The notes under the pieces were generated by a model. It did not search any database and was not told the DNA's origin. It saw only the letters and a list, made by a program, of their open reading frames with translations. Both the position numbers and the translations under genes were made by a program. A stretch of 64,000 bases of DNA from assembly GCA_964567785.1 (NCBI GenBank), contig CAZMOK010000009.1:224-64223 (forward strand), in the 5' to 3' direction. Positions 8,730-17,488 of the stretch are shown piece by piece. The number at the start of each line of letters is the position of its first letter. Positions within the stretch are counted from its first letter, which is position 1. Source of the DNA: an uncultured Bacteroidales bacterium (GTDB taxonomy: Bacteria; Bacteroidota; Bacteroidia; Bacteroidales; JAGOPY01).

Positions 8730-8881
8730 GGGGTCTAGCTCAGGGCTGCCTAAAGGAGGCCGCATCCCGTCTTTTTGACGGGACCACCCAGGTGGCAGCG
8801 GAACCTTGAATCAGCCAGGCATCCCTAGCCATGTACGAATGGGTTTACCTTAACTCATGGATTAATCGCGGGTTTTTTTTT
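8730..8881 (+). ncRNA. candidate structured RNA (independent sRNA or rny 5' leader)
   Basis: This non-coding gap is 267 nt long. A long-range helix pairs GCTCAGGGCTGCC (8738-8750) with GGCATCCCTAGC (8818-8829). It encloses two hairpins, TCCCGTC-TTTTT-GACGGGA and CCAC-CCAG-GTGG. The region ends in a T9 run at 8873-8881. Confidence 0.3.
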
Positions 8882-8904
8882 ACCATAATTGCTAAATTTA
8901 TATA

Positions 8905-10452
8905 ATGATGGAAGGAATAATATTCTATGTCATTGCAGGACTGGTCGGGCTGGCACTCGGAGGCGTGATTACGGGCTTCTTCCTGAAAAAGGCCATCGAA
9001 AAGAGAAACATAAAGATCATTAAAGAGGCGGAAGAAAAAGCCGAAGTGATCAAAAAAGACAAGATCCTGCAAGCTAAGGAGAAGTTTCTGCAATTGAAAG
9101 CTGAGCATGAAAAAGTGATAAACGAAAGAAATGCTACAATTCAGAAAAGCGAAAGTAAACTCAAACAGAAAGAATCTGTATTTTCACAAAAACTGGAAGA
9201 GTTTCAGCGTAGACAAAAGGAGGTGGATACCATACGGGAAAACCTTAACAGTCAGCTTGAAATACTGAACAAAAAACAGGTAGAGCTTGATAAGGCCCAC
9301 GCCAAACAGGTGGAACAATTACAAGCCATTTCGGGGCTTTCAGCAGATGAAGCGAAGGAACAGTTGATAGAATCGCTCAGGGAAGAGGCCAAGGCCGATG
9401 CACTTATTTATGTGAAAGACACTATTGATGAGGCAAAGCTAACTGCCCAGCGCGAAGCTAAAAAAGTTGTCCTTGAAACCATTCAGCGGACTGCCGTTGA
9501 ACATGCGGTCGAAAATACCGTATCGGTCTTTCCCCTCGAAAGTGACGAGATAAAAGGAAGGATCATTGGAAGGGAAGGACGTAACATTCGTGCCCTTGAA
9601 GCGCTAACCGGGATAGAGATCATCATAGATGACTCACCTGAAGCGATCATCTTATCAGGTTTCGACCCGGTAAGGAGGGAGATTGCACGTCTTTCATTGC
9701 ACAAACTGGTCACCGATGGCCGTATCCATCCTGCAAGGATCGAAGAGGTTGTTTCCAAGACTAAAAAACAACTGGAACAGGAGATCATTGAGACAGGCAA
9801 GCGTGTCACCATCGACCTGGGTATCCATAACATGCACCACGAGCTCATACGGATGGTCGGACGGATGAAGTACCGCTCATCTTACGGCCAGAACCTGCTC
9901 AATCACTCCGTGGAGGTTGCCAAGCTCAGTTCTACCATGGCTGCCGAGTTGGGATTGAATCCCAAACTTGCCAAGAGGGCCGGACTGCTCCACGATATCG
10001 GTAAGGTACCGGAAAACGAACCGGACCAGCCACACGCCATATTAGGTATGAAGCTGGCTGAAAAGTTCAAGGAAAAACCGGAGGTCTGCAATGCAATCGG
10101 TGCCCATCACGATGAGATCGAAATGGAATCGCTCATTGCACCCATAGTGCAGGTTTGTGATGCAATATCAGGCGCAAGGCCCGGTGCACGCAGGGAAGTT
10201 GCCGAGGCATATATCCAGCGCCTGAACAAACTGGAGGAACTGGCGCTTACCTATCCCGGTGTTGTAAAAACCTATGCCATCCAGGCCGGAAGGGAATTAC
10301 GTGTGATCGTTGGTGCGGATAAGATTTCCGATACAGAGGCCGACAAGATCTCATATGACCTGTCAAGAAAGATCCAGGACGAGATGACCTATCCAGGGCA
10401 GATAAAGATCACTGTGATAAGGGAAACCAGGGCAGTGAACTATGCCAAATAG
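8905..10452 (+). CDS. rny: ribonuclease Y
   Basis: It has an N-terminal TM helix, a long coiled coil and a KH domain ([15 protein letters not shown]). The HD domain is also present (LLHDIGK, GAHHDE). This is the full RNase Y architecture. Confidence 0.95.
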   Translation: MMEGIIFYVIAGLVGLALGGVITGFFLKKAIEKRNIKIIKEAEEKAEVIKKDKILQAKEKFLQLKAEHEKVINERNATIQKSESKLKQKESVFSQKLEEFQRRQKEVDTIRENLNSQLEILNKKQVELDKAHAKQVEQLQAISGLSADEAKEQLIESLREEAKADALIYVKDTIDEAKLTAQREAKKVVLETIQRTAVEHAVENTVSVFPLESDEIKGRIIGREGRNIRALEALTGIEIIIDDSPEAIILSGFDPVRREIARLSLHKLVTDGRIHPARIEEVVSKTKKQLEQEIIETGKRVTIDLGIHNMHHELIRMVGRMKYRSSYGQNLLNHSVEVAKLSSTMAAELGLNPKLAKRAGLLHDIGKVPENEPDQPHAILGMKLAEKFKEKPEVCNAIGAHHDEIEMESLIAPIVQVCDAISGARPGARREVAEAYIQRLNKLEELALTYPGVVKTYAIQAGRELRVIVGADKISDTEADKISYDLSRKIQDEMTYPGQIKITVIRETRAVNYAK

Positions 10453-10509
10453 TAAATAAATAGTAAATAGTAGATAATAAATAGTGTTTGGAAACGGGTC
10501 ACTGATTTA
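10453..10509 (+). repeat. heptamer-phased spacer after the rny stop
   Basis: TAAATAA ATAGTAA ATAGTAG ATAATAA ATAGTGT TTGGAAA CGGGTCA CTGATTT. This fills the whole gap to the convergent gene. Confidence 0.55.
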
Positions 10510-11052
10510 TCACAATTCTGTTCCTTCGTTCCGGGCTTCAAACTCTTTAATAAGCTCCTCCGGGCTTTTACCCATGTTCTTTATCGACATCTCTGCGTCG
10601 TCGGCAAATTCATTGTCGGGGTACTTTTCGATGAATTGCCGGTAAAGCTCTGTGGCCTTGCCATAATTCTGAAGGAAGTTCTCATAGATATAGGCCACAA
10701 GGAAATGGCATTCAGGTAGCTTAGGGTAATCAGGATAGGTATAGATGATTTTGTTGTAGATGCCGATAGCCTTGCCGGGGTCACCCAGGTTCATCGTGAT
10801 ATCTGCTGCTTTGAAAAGATAGGCAGGGCTGAGTGTGTCTTTAGGGTTCTTTTCAGCATGGGAGAGATAGAGCCTGACCAATTCCAGTGCCTTTTGTTTT
10901 CCTTCATCACTAAAAATGGCTTCTTCATCAAACAGCTCAGATTCCAGTTTTTCTATTGATTCTTTTTGATCACTTTTAGTGTTATTGCAGGAGATGATAA
11001 GCGAAATGGTTGCAATGAATAACAATCCATGTAAACGATACCTTTTCATCAT
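10510..11052 (-). CDS. TPR-repeat lipoprotein
   Basis: The signal and lipobox read LFIATISLIISCNN. TPR-like repeats are present (AIGIYNKIIYTYPDY, ATELYRQFIEKYPDNEFADDA). Confidence 0.6.
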   Translation of the reverse strand: MMKRYRLHGLLFIATISLIISCNNTKSDQKESIEKLESELFDEEAIFSDEGKQKALELVRLYLSHAEKNPKDTLSPAYLFKAADITMNLGDPGKAIGIYNKIIYTYPDYPKLPECHFLVAYIYENFLQNYGKATELYRQFIEKYPDNEFADDAEMSIKNMGKSPEELIKEFEARNEGTEL

Positions 11053-11076
11053 ATGTTGATTTGATGTTCGCTTTTA

Positions 11077-11658
11077 TTAACGCAGTTGCTTCTTTTTTCT
11101 TTTTCTTGAAGGAAAGATCATTTTATAGCCCACGTCGATATTGCCTGTAGAAATATCATTGAGTCTTCTCTTCAGCAGCATTTTCCGGAGGTTGCTAATG
11201 TGGTCCACAAAGAGGACTCCCTCCAGGTGATCATATTCATGCTGGATGATCCTTGCTGCTATACCTTCATAGGTTTCATCATGAAAATTGAAATGCGGAT
11301 CGTAATATTCGATACGCACCCGCGGCTTTCGAATAACTTCTTCCCTTATATCAGGAATGCTCAGGCACCCTTCTGTAAATTCCCATTCTGTTCCGGCTTC
11401 TTCTGTAATGACAGGGTTTATGAAAACCTTCCTGAAATCACGCAACTCCGGATTGTCTTTTTCGAACGGGCTGGCATCAACAATGAAAAGCCGTATATTC
11501 TCATTGACCTGGGGTGCAGCAAGCCCCACACCCTCAGAATAATACATTGTCTCGAACATATTTTCTATCAGCTCGTCGAGGCCTTCAAATTCCTCGTCGA
11601 TCTCCTCAGAGACCTTCCTGAGGTTAGGATGGCCGTAAGCTACTATCGGAAGTACCAT
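11077..11658 (-). CDS. def: peptide deformylase
   Basis: All three PDF motifs are present: GVGLAAPQV, EGCLSIP and QHEYDHLEG. Confidence 0.95.
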   Translation of the reverse strand: MVLPIVAYGHPNLRKVSEEIDEEFEGLDELIENMFETMYYSEGVGLAAPQVNENIRLFIVDASPFEKDNPELRDFRKVFINPVITEEAGTEWEFTEGCLSIPDIREEVIRKPRVRIEYYDPHFNFHDETYEGIAARIIQHEYDHLEGVLFVDHISNLRKMLLKRRLNDISTGNIDVGYKMIFPSRKRKKKQLR

Positions 11659-12092
11659 TAATCTGTTCTTTTTTGCTTGTTCAATTTCATTTCAAGGTAC
11701 GACTGAAGGATAACTGCTGCACTGATCTTATCAACAAGCTCCTTCCTCGCCCTGTCCTTTTTTTTTAACCCTGCATCGATCATTGCCTGAAAGGCTATTT
11801 TGGAAGTAAACCTTTCATCAAACCTTTCGACATCAATGCCCGGCACATTTTTTTTCAGTGCTTTTATGAAAGGCCCTATCTGTTTTTCAGTATCTGATGA
11901 CTCGTAATTCATCCTCTTTGGTTCACCGATAACGAAACACTCAACTTCTTCTTTGGTTGTGTAATCCTTCAGAAATTCTATTACATCTTTTGAGTGGATG
12001 GTGGTAAGTGGGGATGCGATCATCTGTAAGGGATCAGTGACAGCAAGCCCAACCCTTTTTGTGCCGTAGTCGATAGCCAGTATTCTTCCCAT
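11658..12092 (-). CDS. ruvX: Holliday junction resolvase-like RuvX/YqgF
   Basis: RILAIDYGTKRVGLAVTD at the N-terminus and a size of 144 aa are typical of YqgF. Confidence 0.9.
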   Translation of the reverse strand: MGRILAIDYGTKRVGLAVTDPLQMIASPLTTIHSKDVIEFLKDYTTKEEVECFVIGEPKRMNYESSDTEKQIGPFIKALKKNVPGIDVERFDERFTSKIAFQAMIDAGLKKKDRARKELVDKISAAVILQSYLEMKLNKQKRTD

Positions 12093-12145
12093 AATTCGTT
12101 TTGCGGTGCAAAGTTACAAAGAAATGAGGTTAGCTCTATTTTATC

Positions 12146-12153
12146 TAACTTTG
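12146..12153 (+). promoter_or_regulatory. candidate -7 box TAACTTTG upstream of dapD
   Basis: It matches TAnnTTTG and lies 21 nt upstream of the ATG. No well-spaced TTTG -33 element was seen. Confidence 0.25.
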
Positions 12154-12173
12154 AGTGTCAATCAAAGATTCTT

Positions 12174-12992
12174 ATGGATACCACAGTTAAGGAAATTATT
12201 GAAAGAGCCTGGGATAACCGCGAACTGCTGAAGGAAAGGGAAACTCTGGATGCCATTGAACATATAATCAGTCAATTAGACAGGGGTGAACTCAGGGTCG
12301 CAGAAAAAGATGGTAACGAATGGAAGGTGAACCAGTGGGTTAAAAAAGGAGTTATCCTTTACTTTCCGGCCGGTAAAATGGTAATTTACGAGGCGGGTCC
12401 GATGCAATTCCATGACAAGATCCCTCTCAAAAGAAATTACAGGGACCTTGGCGTGAGGGTTGTTCCCCATGCTGTGGCAAGGTACGGGTCTTACATAGCC
12501 CCCGGTGTTATTATGATGCCTTCCTATGTGAATATCGGTGCATATGTTGATTCAGGCACGATGGTGGATACATGGGCCACTGTCGGATCGTGTGCACAGA
12601 TTGGAAAGAATGTACATCTTAGCGGCGGAGCAGGGATAGGAGGTGTGCTGGAACCGGTTCAGGCCTCACCGGTGATCATTGAAGACGGGGCTTTTATAGG
12701 TTCAAGATGCATTGTTGTGGAGGGCGCCAGGATAGGGGAGGAGGCCGTGCTGGGCGCCAATGTCGTGGTAACCGGGTCCACCAGGATCATCGATGTTACA
12801 GGGTCTGAACCGGAAGAGTTCAAAGGAGTTATTCCCCCGCATTCCGTAGTAATACCCGGATCATATACAAAAAACTTCCCGGCAGGAAATTACCAGGTGC
12901 CCTGTGCACTCATCATTGGAAAAAGAAAAGAATCCACGAACCTCAAGACTTCGCTCAACGATGCCCTTCGTGAATTTGATGTTGTGGTGTGA
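12174..12992 (+). CDS. dapD: 2,3,4,5-tetrahydropyridine-2,6-dicarboxylate N-succinyltransferase
   Basis: 272 aa with hexapeptide-repeat beta-helix sequence (GAYVDSGTMVDTWATVGSCAQIGKNVHLSGGAGIGGVLEP). Length and N-terminal domain fit DapD. Confidence 0.9.
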   Translation: MDTTVKEIIERAWDNRELLKERETLDAIEHIISQLDRGELRVAEKDGNEWKVNQWVKKGVILYFPAGKMVIYEAGPMQFHDKIPLKRNYRDLGVRVVPHAVARYGSYIAPGVIMMPSYVNIGAYVDSGTMVDTWATVGSCAQIGKNVHLSGGAGIGGVLEPVQASPVIIEDGAFIGSRCIVVEGARIGEEAVLGANVVVTGSTRIIDVTGSEPEEFKGVIPPHSVVIPGSYTKNFPAGNYQVPCALIIGKRKESTNLKTSLNDALREFDVVV

Positions 12993-13034
12993 TTTTGATT
13001 GCTGATGGTCGGCATGAGGTGGATTTCACTTCGC

Positions 13035-13574
13035 TTAACCTCTGTTTGCCGGCCTTTCGCCTGAGAATTGGTCCTCCTTGTGTTCAAAAAGCACATTGAA
13101 GGTTGTCAGGCTTCCGTAGATCCTTGTTATGTATTGTTGAAGGTTAACTTTTTCCTCTTCCGGGAGCTTACTGGCGTTTATTCGCTGTTCCATGACCCTT
13201 ACACGATCGCGTACCATTACTATTTTATGGAAAAATGTTTCGATGGGTATCTCTTTACTCTGAAGATCGGGATTGCCGGGCTTCAGGATGAGTATGCCCC
13301 CTTCCCACTTCCCCCCCAGTTCAACATATTCCTGGATATCGGAAAACTTCCTGAGTATTTTTACCAGTTCCTCTTCCACACGGGCAAAGCTGACCCTGTC
13401 AGAATCATCGGCAACAAATTCAATGATCTCAAGCTTTTCATCAAGGGTCACTTCCTTCACCCCGTAATCGATAAAACATACTTCGTATGAATCCGTCCAG
13501 GCCTGGATAACAACACCGGTACCCATTTCCGGATGCTTAACCCTGGATCCTGCTCCTAATATCAAGTTGTTCAT
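13035..13574 (-). CDS. hypothetical protein
   Basis: I start it at the internal ATG at 13574 (MNNLILGAGSRVKHPEMGTGVV). The 28 upstream codons in the ORF track translate the heptamer array and are unlikely to be coding. No family recognised. Confidence 0.5.
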   Translation of the reverse strand: MNNLILGAGSRVKHPEMGTGVVIQAWTDSYEVCFIDYGVKEVTLDEKLEIIEFVADDSDRVSFARVEEELVKILRKFSDIQEYVELGGKWEGGILILKPGNPDLQSKEIPIETFFHKIVMVRDRVRVMEQRINASKLPEEEKVNLQQYITRIYGSLTTFNVLFEHKEDQFSGERPANRG

Positions 13575-13580
13575 GTTTTT

Positions 13581-13713
13581 GCTGTTGGCTGTTGGCTGAT
13601 AGCTGATGGCCGTTAGCCGGTTACTATTTTCATTAACCAATAACGAGCTACTAATCACCAGTTACCTATAACCAATAAGAATTACTATTTATTATTTACT
13701 GTTTATTATTTGC
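13581..13713. repeat. array of 19 in-phase degenerate heptamers
   Basis: GCTGTTG GCTGTTG GCTGATA GCTGATG GCCGTTA GCCGGTT ACTATTT TCATTAA CCAATAA CGAGCTA CTAATCA CCAGTTA CCTATAA CCAATAA GAATTAC TATTTAT TATTTAC TGTTTAT TATTTGC. Confidence 0.7.
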
Positions 13714-14273
13714 TTATGTATTTCAATCACCTGAGGTACAACAAGTTGATTATCGTTATTATTTATAACGAAGTCTGATAGCTTTTCCTTTTCTTCCTGT
13801 GGCCACTGGTGTTTCTCACGGGCCGCCGCCTGCTCCCTGTCAATGTTGTCCCTCTGCATGATCCTCTTAATCCTTATATTACGGGGTGCCGAAACAGTTA
13901 TCATAAGGTCGAGTATCCTGTACCTGCCCGTTTCAAAAAGAATGGCGGCCTCGTAAATAACATAAGGGGCTTTTTCATAACTCTTTTTCCATTCCCCGAA
14001 CCGGGCCCTCACAAATGGGTGTATCTGTCCGTTCAGCCACTCCAGCAGATCTTTGTCATTAAAAACAACCGAGGCTACTTTCTTAAGGTTAACCTCATTT
14101 CCATCAAATACTTCCCGGCCCAGTTTATCCTTTATGATCCTTTTGCCGCTTTCCAGTCTGTAAAACTCCTTTGCCTCCTCATCAGCATGGAAAGAGGGAA
14201 TACCCAGCACCTGGAACACCTTACAAACGGTTGATTTGCCGCTGCCGATATTTCCGGTTACACCTACGGTCAT
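13692..14273 (-). CDS. coaE: dephospho-CoA kinase
   Basis: P-loop GVTGNIGSGKST at the N-terminus, 193 aa, with a CoaE-like lid region. Confidence 0.9.
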   Translation of the reverse strand: MTVGVTGNIGSGKSTVCKVFQVLGIPSFHADEEAKEFYRLESGKRIIKDKLGREVFDGNEVNLKKVASVVFNDKDLLEWLNGQIHPFVRARFGEWKKSYEKAPYVIYEAAILFETGRYRILDLMITVSAPRNIRIKRIMQRDNIDREQAAAREKHQWPQEEKEKLSDFVINNNDNQLVVPQVIEIHKQIINSK

Positions 14274-15271
14274 TCTCTTATGATTATAAATTCGACCTTA
14301 TTCGGGTTTACTCTTACATTCTTCACTATCGAAGGGACTTTTTCAAGTGTTACCTTTGCCTTATCAGCTCCTTTTTCCATAGCAACATCAATATAAGCTA
14401 TCGCTTCGAACATATTTTGCGAAACTTCATTGTAATCTGATAAAGCTACCCAATAGGATATCCCGACTGTTTCAGGGAATATTTTAATACGGCTGAATTT
14501 GTCCGAAACCGGTACCACTCTTACTTCAGAAATAGCTTCGGTAAACTCTTCCACCGGTATAATAACTTCAACTGCTTCAGGTTCTGATCTTACCTGCTTA
14601 TGATTACCGGGTATAATAATTTCCGAGGTAAAGATTGATGAATCCTGGAGTCCTGACAAAACAACCGGTTCTATAAATACACTGCTGATGCTTTCGAGTG
14701 ATGATTCCGGTCCCGTGAGCAATATACTGTCAGGTATAATAGAGATCGAATCGTACAGCATCATCTGTTTAGCCAGGCTAACCTCTATATCGTGGACAAC
14801 AGGTACCTTTTTGGAAACCTTATCTTCGAAGACGAACCTGAGTGTATCGGGCGAAATTGAAACGATACTGTAATCCAGTTGTTGCTGCCTTGTGATATAG
14901 TCGGTAAGGTGTGAAGGAAAGATAACACCTGTGTACCTGGAGCCCTTTTTTTTGAGTGGCATGTTGGCCAGCGATATCCTGACAGGATTTCTTTGCCTTA
15001 TGAATTTAATAAATAAAATATCGGATGCCTTTTCTTCAAATCCAATATTCAGGTGCTGGTTGTCTCCTTTAATAAGTATTTTTCCTTCAGGCAGGTTGAC
15101 CAGTTCCACCCGGTAACTGACTTCTGATACATTTTCTTCTGAAAGTTTGATCAGCATCCATATGAATATGGAGAGCACAAAACAGATCAGGAATACGTAT
15201 AGTTGTTTCCTGCTTTTCTGGTCAGTTGGAAAGACTACCGATCTTATCCGGTCCAGTATGCCCGATTTCAA
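14270..15271 (-). CDS. YbbR-like domain protein
   Basis: It has a single N-terminal TM helix and repeated beta-rich modules. It sits between yajC and coaE, as in other Bacteroidota, and overlaps coaE by 4 nt. Confidence 0.55.
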   Translation of the reverse strand: MKSGILDRIRSVVFPTDQKSRKQLYVFLICFVLSIFIWMLIKLSEENVSEVSYRVELVNLPEGKILIKGDNQHLNIGFEEKASDILFIKFIRQRNPVRISLANMPLKKKGSRYTGVIFPSHLTDYITRQQQLDYSIVSISPDTLRFVFEDKVSKKVPVVHDIEVSLAKQMMLYDSISIIPDSILLTGPESSLESISSVFIEPVVLSGLQDSSIFTSEIIIPGNHKQVRSEPEAVEVIIPVEEFTEAISEVRVVPVSDKFSRIKIFPETVGISYWVALSDYNEVSQNMFEAIAYIDVAMEKGADKAKVTLEKVPSIVKNVRVNPNKVEFIIIRE

Positions 15272-15303
15272 AACACCTGCTCTTTAGTGCAGAAAAATAC
15301 TGC

Positions 15304-15639
15304 CTATCTCCTTTGGGTTTCACTCAACTGTGATGTTGAATCCATGGCAATGGCCGACTTGTCGAAAGTAAGTTTCATCTGGTTGCCTACATCCACAACA
15401 ACCTGCTTCTCTTTTATCTCAACTATTTTGCCGTGTATTCCCCCAATTGTGATGATCTTGTCCCCTTTATTCAGGTTTTCCCTGAATTTACGCTGCTCTT
15501 TTGATTTTTTCATCTGTGGCCTGATGAAGAAAAGATAGAAAACCACAATGATAAGGATAAGGGGAAGAAAAGACATGATACCGCCACCCTCTTCTCCTTC
15601 AGAGGGCATGAATAATAAAATGTTTAAAAGATCGAACAT
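15304..15639 (-). CDS. yajC: preprotein translocase subunit YajC
   Basis: [28 protein letters not shown]...[17 protein letters not shown] is the YajC signature. The true start may be an internal Met. Confidence 0.8.
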   Translation of the reverse strand: MFDLLNILLFMPSEGEEGGGIMSFLPLILIIVVFYLFFIRPQMKKSKEQRKFRENLNKGDKIITIGGIHGKIVEIKEKQVVVDVGNQMKLTFDKSAIAMDSTSQLSETQRR

Positions 15640-15658
15640 ATTTTTTTAAGTTAAGTAA

Positions 15659-16126
15659 TTAATAATCTCTTTCAGGTACAACTACCTGGGCTTTAATGTT
15701 AAGAACTGTTTTACTGGGTTGGGTATTAGCGAGCACCGTGACTGACTTATACTGGTAACCGCTTCTTCCTTCGCTGTTGAAAGTGACGTTAATGTAGTTT
15801 TCTTCCCCCGGTTTTATCGGTTTTTCAGGATATTCGGTTGCCGTGCATCCACAACTTGCGGTTATGTCTGCAATTATCAGGTCTGACATACCGCTGTTTT
15901 CGAATTTAAAAGCGTATGTCACAACTTCTCCCCGGATTACCTTTCCGAAATCATGTAAATCCTGCTTAAAGTCCAGTACGGGAAGATTGGCTGTGTTCAC
16001 CTCACCCCCGGCAGTGTTGGGCATTGTCACGACATCTCCCGGTATGGGTTTGTCATTATTCGAGTTGCATGATGCAATCAATAAGCTTAAGGTAAGTGCT
16101 GCGAGTATGTGTATTATCTTTCTCAT
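15659..16126 (-). CDS. DUF1573 domain lipoprotein
   Basis: Lipobox LLIASCNS. HDFGKVIRGEVVTYAFKFENSGMSDLIIADITASCGCT matches the DUF1573 core. Confidence 0.8.
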   Translation of the reverse strand: MRKIIHILAALTLSLLIASCNSNNDKPIPGDVVTMPNTAGGEVNTANLPVLDFKQDLHDFGKVIRGEVVTYAFKFENSGMSDLIIADITASCGCTATEYPEKPIKPGEENYINVTFNSEGRSGYQYKSVTVLANTQPSKTVLNIKAQVVVPERDY

Positions 16127-16192
16127 TTTTTTCTGTCGGACAATAGTGTTTGCAAAATTACAATATTGATTTGAAGTAAAAAGAAAACCGGA

Positions 16193-17242
16193 TCAGTTAC
16201 CGCTTCCTATAATAGTGACAGCTCCCCTGAAAACATCCTCCTTGAATATGCCTGCTGCCCTGATTATGTAAAAGTAAGTTCCATCAGGCTGGCTTCCGCC
16301 ATCCCAGTCGTTATTGTAGCCACTGGCCTCATAGACTTTTTCACCCCACCGGTTCACGATAACCACCTCGTTTGTAATGTATTTATCGAGGTTGGGGACT
16401 TCAAACGTATCATTTACACCGTCGCCGTTGGGTGTGAAAACATTCGGGACTTCGATCTCCAGTTCACGGACCTGGATGGTTATATACTCCACCGAGTCAC
16501 AATTATCAATGGTGGTGTAGGCAAACTTAACTGTATCCGATTCATTGAATGTATGAGTAGGGAAAGTTTCAGTTGAAGTAGTTCCGTTGCCGAAATCCCA
16601 GTAAAAGTTGGTCAGCGGGATGGAATCAGCCGATTTATTTTCATAAAAGAAGGTTACCCTGGGATTCACGGTAAATACAGAATCCTGCGGATCACTTGTT
16701 ATCTCTATTTCAGGAATATCAAATGACTCCACAAGAAAGGTGGTATCGTAGATGCAAACAGTGTCGTAAACCAGCAGTGAGTATTCCGAATCGCTGCAAA
16801 GCCCTAGTGCCGTTGATGAATCATTGGGCGCAACATCAGCCGACCATTCATAGCTGTAAGGTGGATATCCGCCTTCCACACTTGCTTTAACTTGTGATTT
16901 ACATTCATAGGGACAGCCAGTGTTCAGTTGTTCCATGGTAATCACCATCATAGGATGGACAGTCAGGTTAACGCTGTCGCTGCAGACAAATGAAGTGTCC
17001 TCTCTTGTGTAAATGTCCAGGTACACAGTCATGGGGCTCCATGTTTCCAGCTCAACAAATGGAAGGGTGCTGAGTTCTCCCTCAGGTGTAAATCTGAAAA
17101 GATGGTCTGTTGAATTCCCTGTGAATACAGTGAACGACTGCCCGGCACATACCACAGTATCAAATACTTCAATCTCACAGGTCAATTGCGCTGTAGAATG
17201 AAGGGTTATCATGGAGAACAAGAGAAGCAGGATCTTTTTCAT
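16193..17242 (-). CDS. T9SS type-B sorting (gliding-motility C-terminal) domain protein
   Basis: The start at 17242 gives the signal peptide MKKILLLLFSMITLHSTAQ. The C-terminus VPNVFTPNGDGVNDTFEV...NRWGEKVYE...WDG...GTYFYII is the CHU_C/type-B sorting domain. A PKD-like middle is present (FYWDFGNGTTS). Confidence 0.8.
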   Translation of the reverse strand: MKKILLLLFSMITLHSTAQLTCEIEVFDTVVCAGQSFTVFTGNSTDHLFRFTPEGELSTLPFVELETWSPMTVYLDIYTREDTSFVCSDSVNLTVHPMMVITMEQLNTGCPYECKSQVKASVEGGYPPYSYEWSADVAPNDSSTALGLCSDSEYSLLVYDTVCIYDTTFLVESFDIPEIEITSDPQDSVFTVNPRVTFFYENKSADSIPLTNFYWDFGNGTTSTETFPTHTFNESDTVKFAYTTIDNCDSVEYITIQVRELEIEVPNVFTPNGDGVNDTFEVPNLDKYITNEVVIVNRWGEKVYEASGYNNDWDGGSQPDGTYFYIIRAAGIFKEDVFRGAVTIIGSGN

Positions 17243-17488
17243 ATCGGCTAACCCGGTCGAAATACGAAGGTGCAAAGTTATAAAATTATTCCGTCTGATG
17301 CGGCAACACGAATGTAACGCAACTTCTGCAGAAATATTTTTTTCAGCTCCTTACCTTACTACCTGTTTAAGAAATTAAAGGGTGACAAATATTCATAAAA
17401 TAAGTGATGGCAAACATTTTGATTACCCTAATAATGAAAATAATGAGGAATTGTGAGAAACGGATTGAAATAGAAAGGAGAAAAGAAC

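Noticed and set aside
8730-8760. tRNA-like start GGGGTCTAGCTCAGGG
   Set aside because: After the D-stem-like GCTC there is no matching GAGC, anticodon arm or T-arm (no GTTCGAATC-type loop), so it is not a tRNA or tmRNA. It is kept only as part of the candidate structured RNA.
12093-12173. Lysine riboswitch upstream of dapD
   Set aside because: The spacer is only 81 nt and shared with the divergent ruvX, which is too short for an L-box. No conserved L-box helices were seen.
13581-13713. Possibility that the short-period arrays are CRISPR arrays or coding repeats
   Set aside because: The unit length is 7 nt with no spacer/repeat alternation and no cas genes. A period of 7 is incompatible with an in-frame peptide repeat.
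17276-17488. Heat-shock operator (CIRCE-type inverted repeat) upstream of clpB
   Set aside because: No TTAGCACTC-N9-GAGTGCTAA-like inverted repeat is present. There is only weak AT-rich self-similarity.
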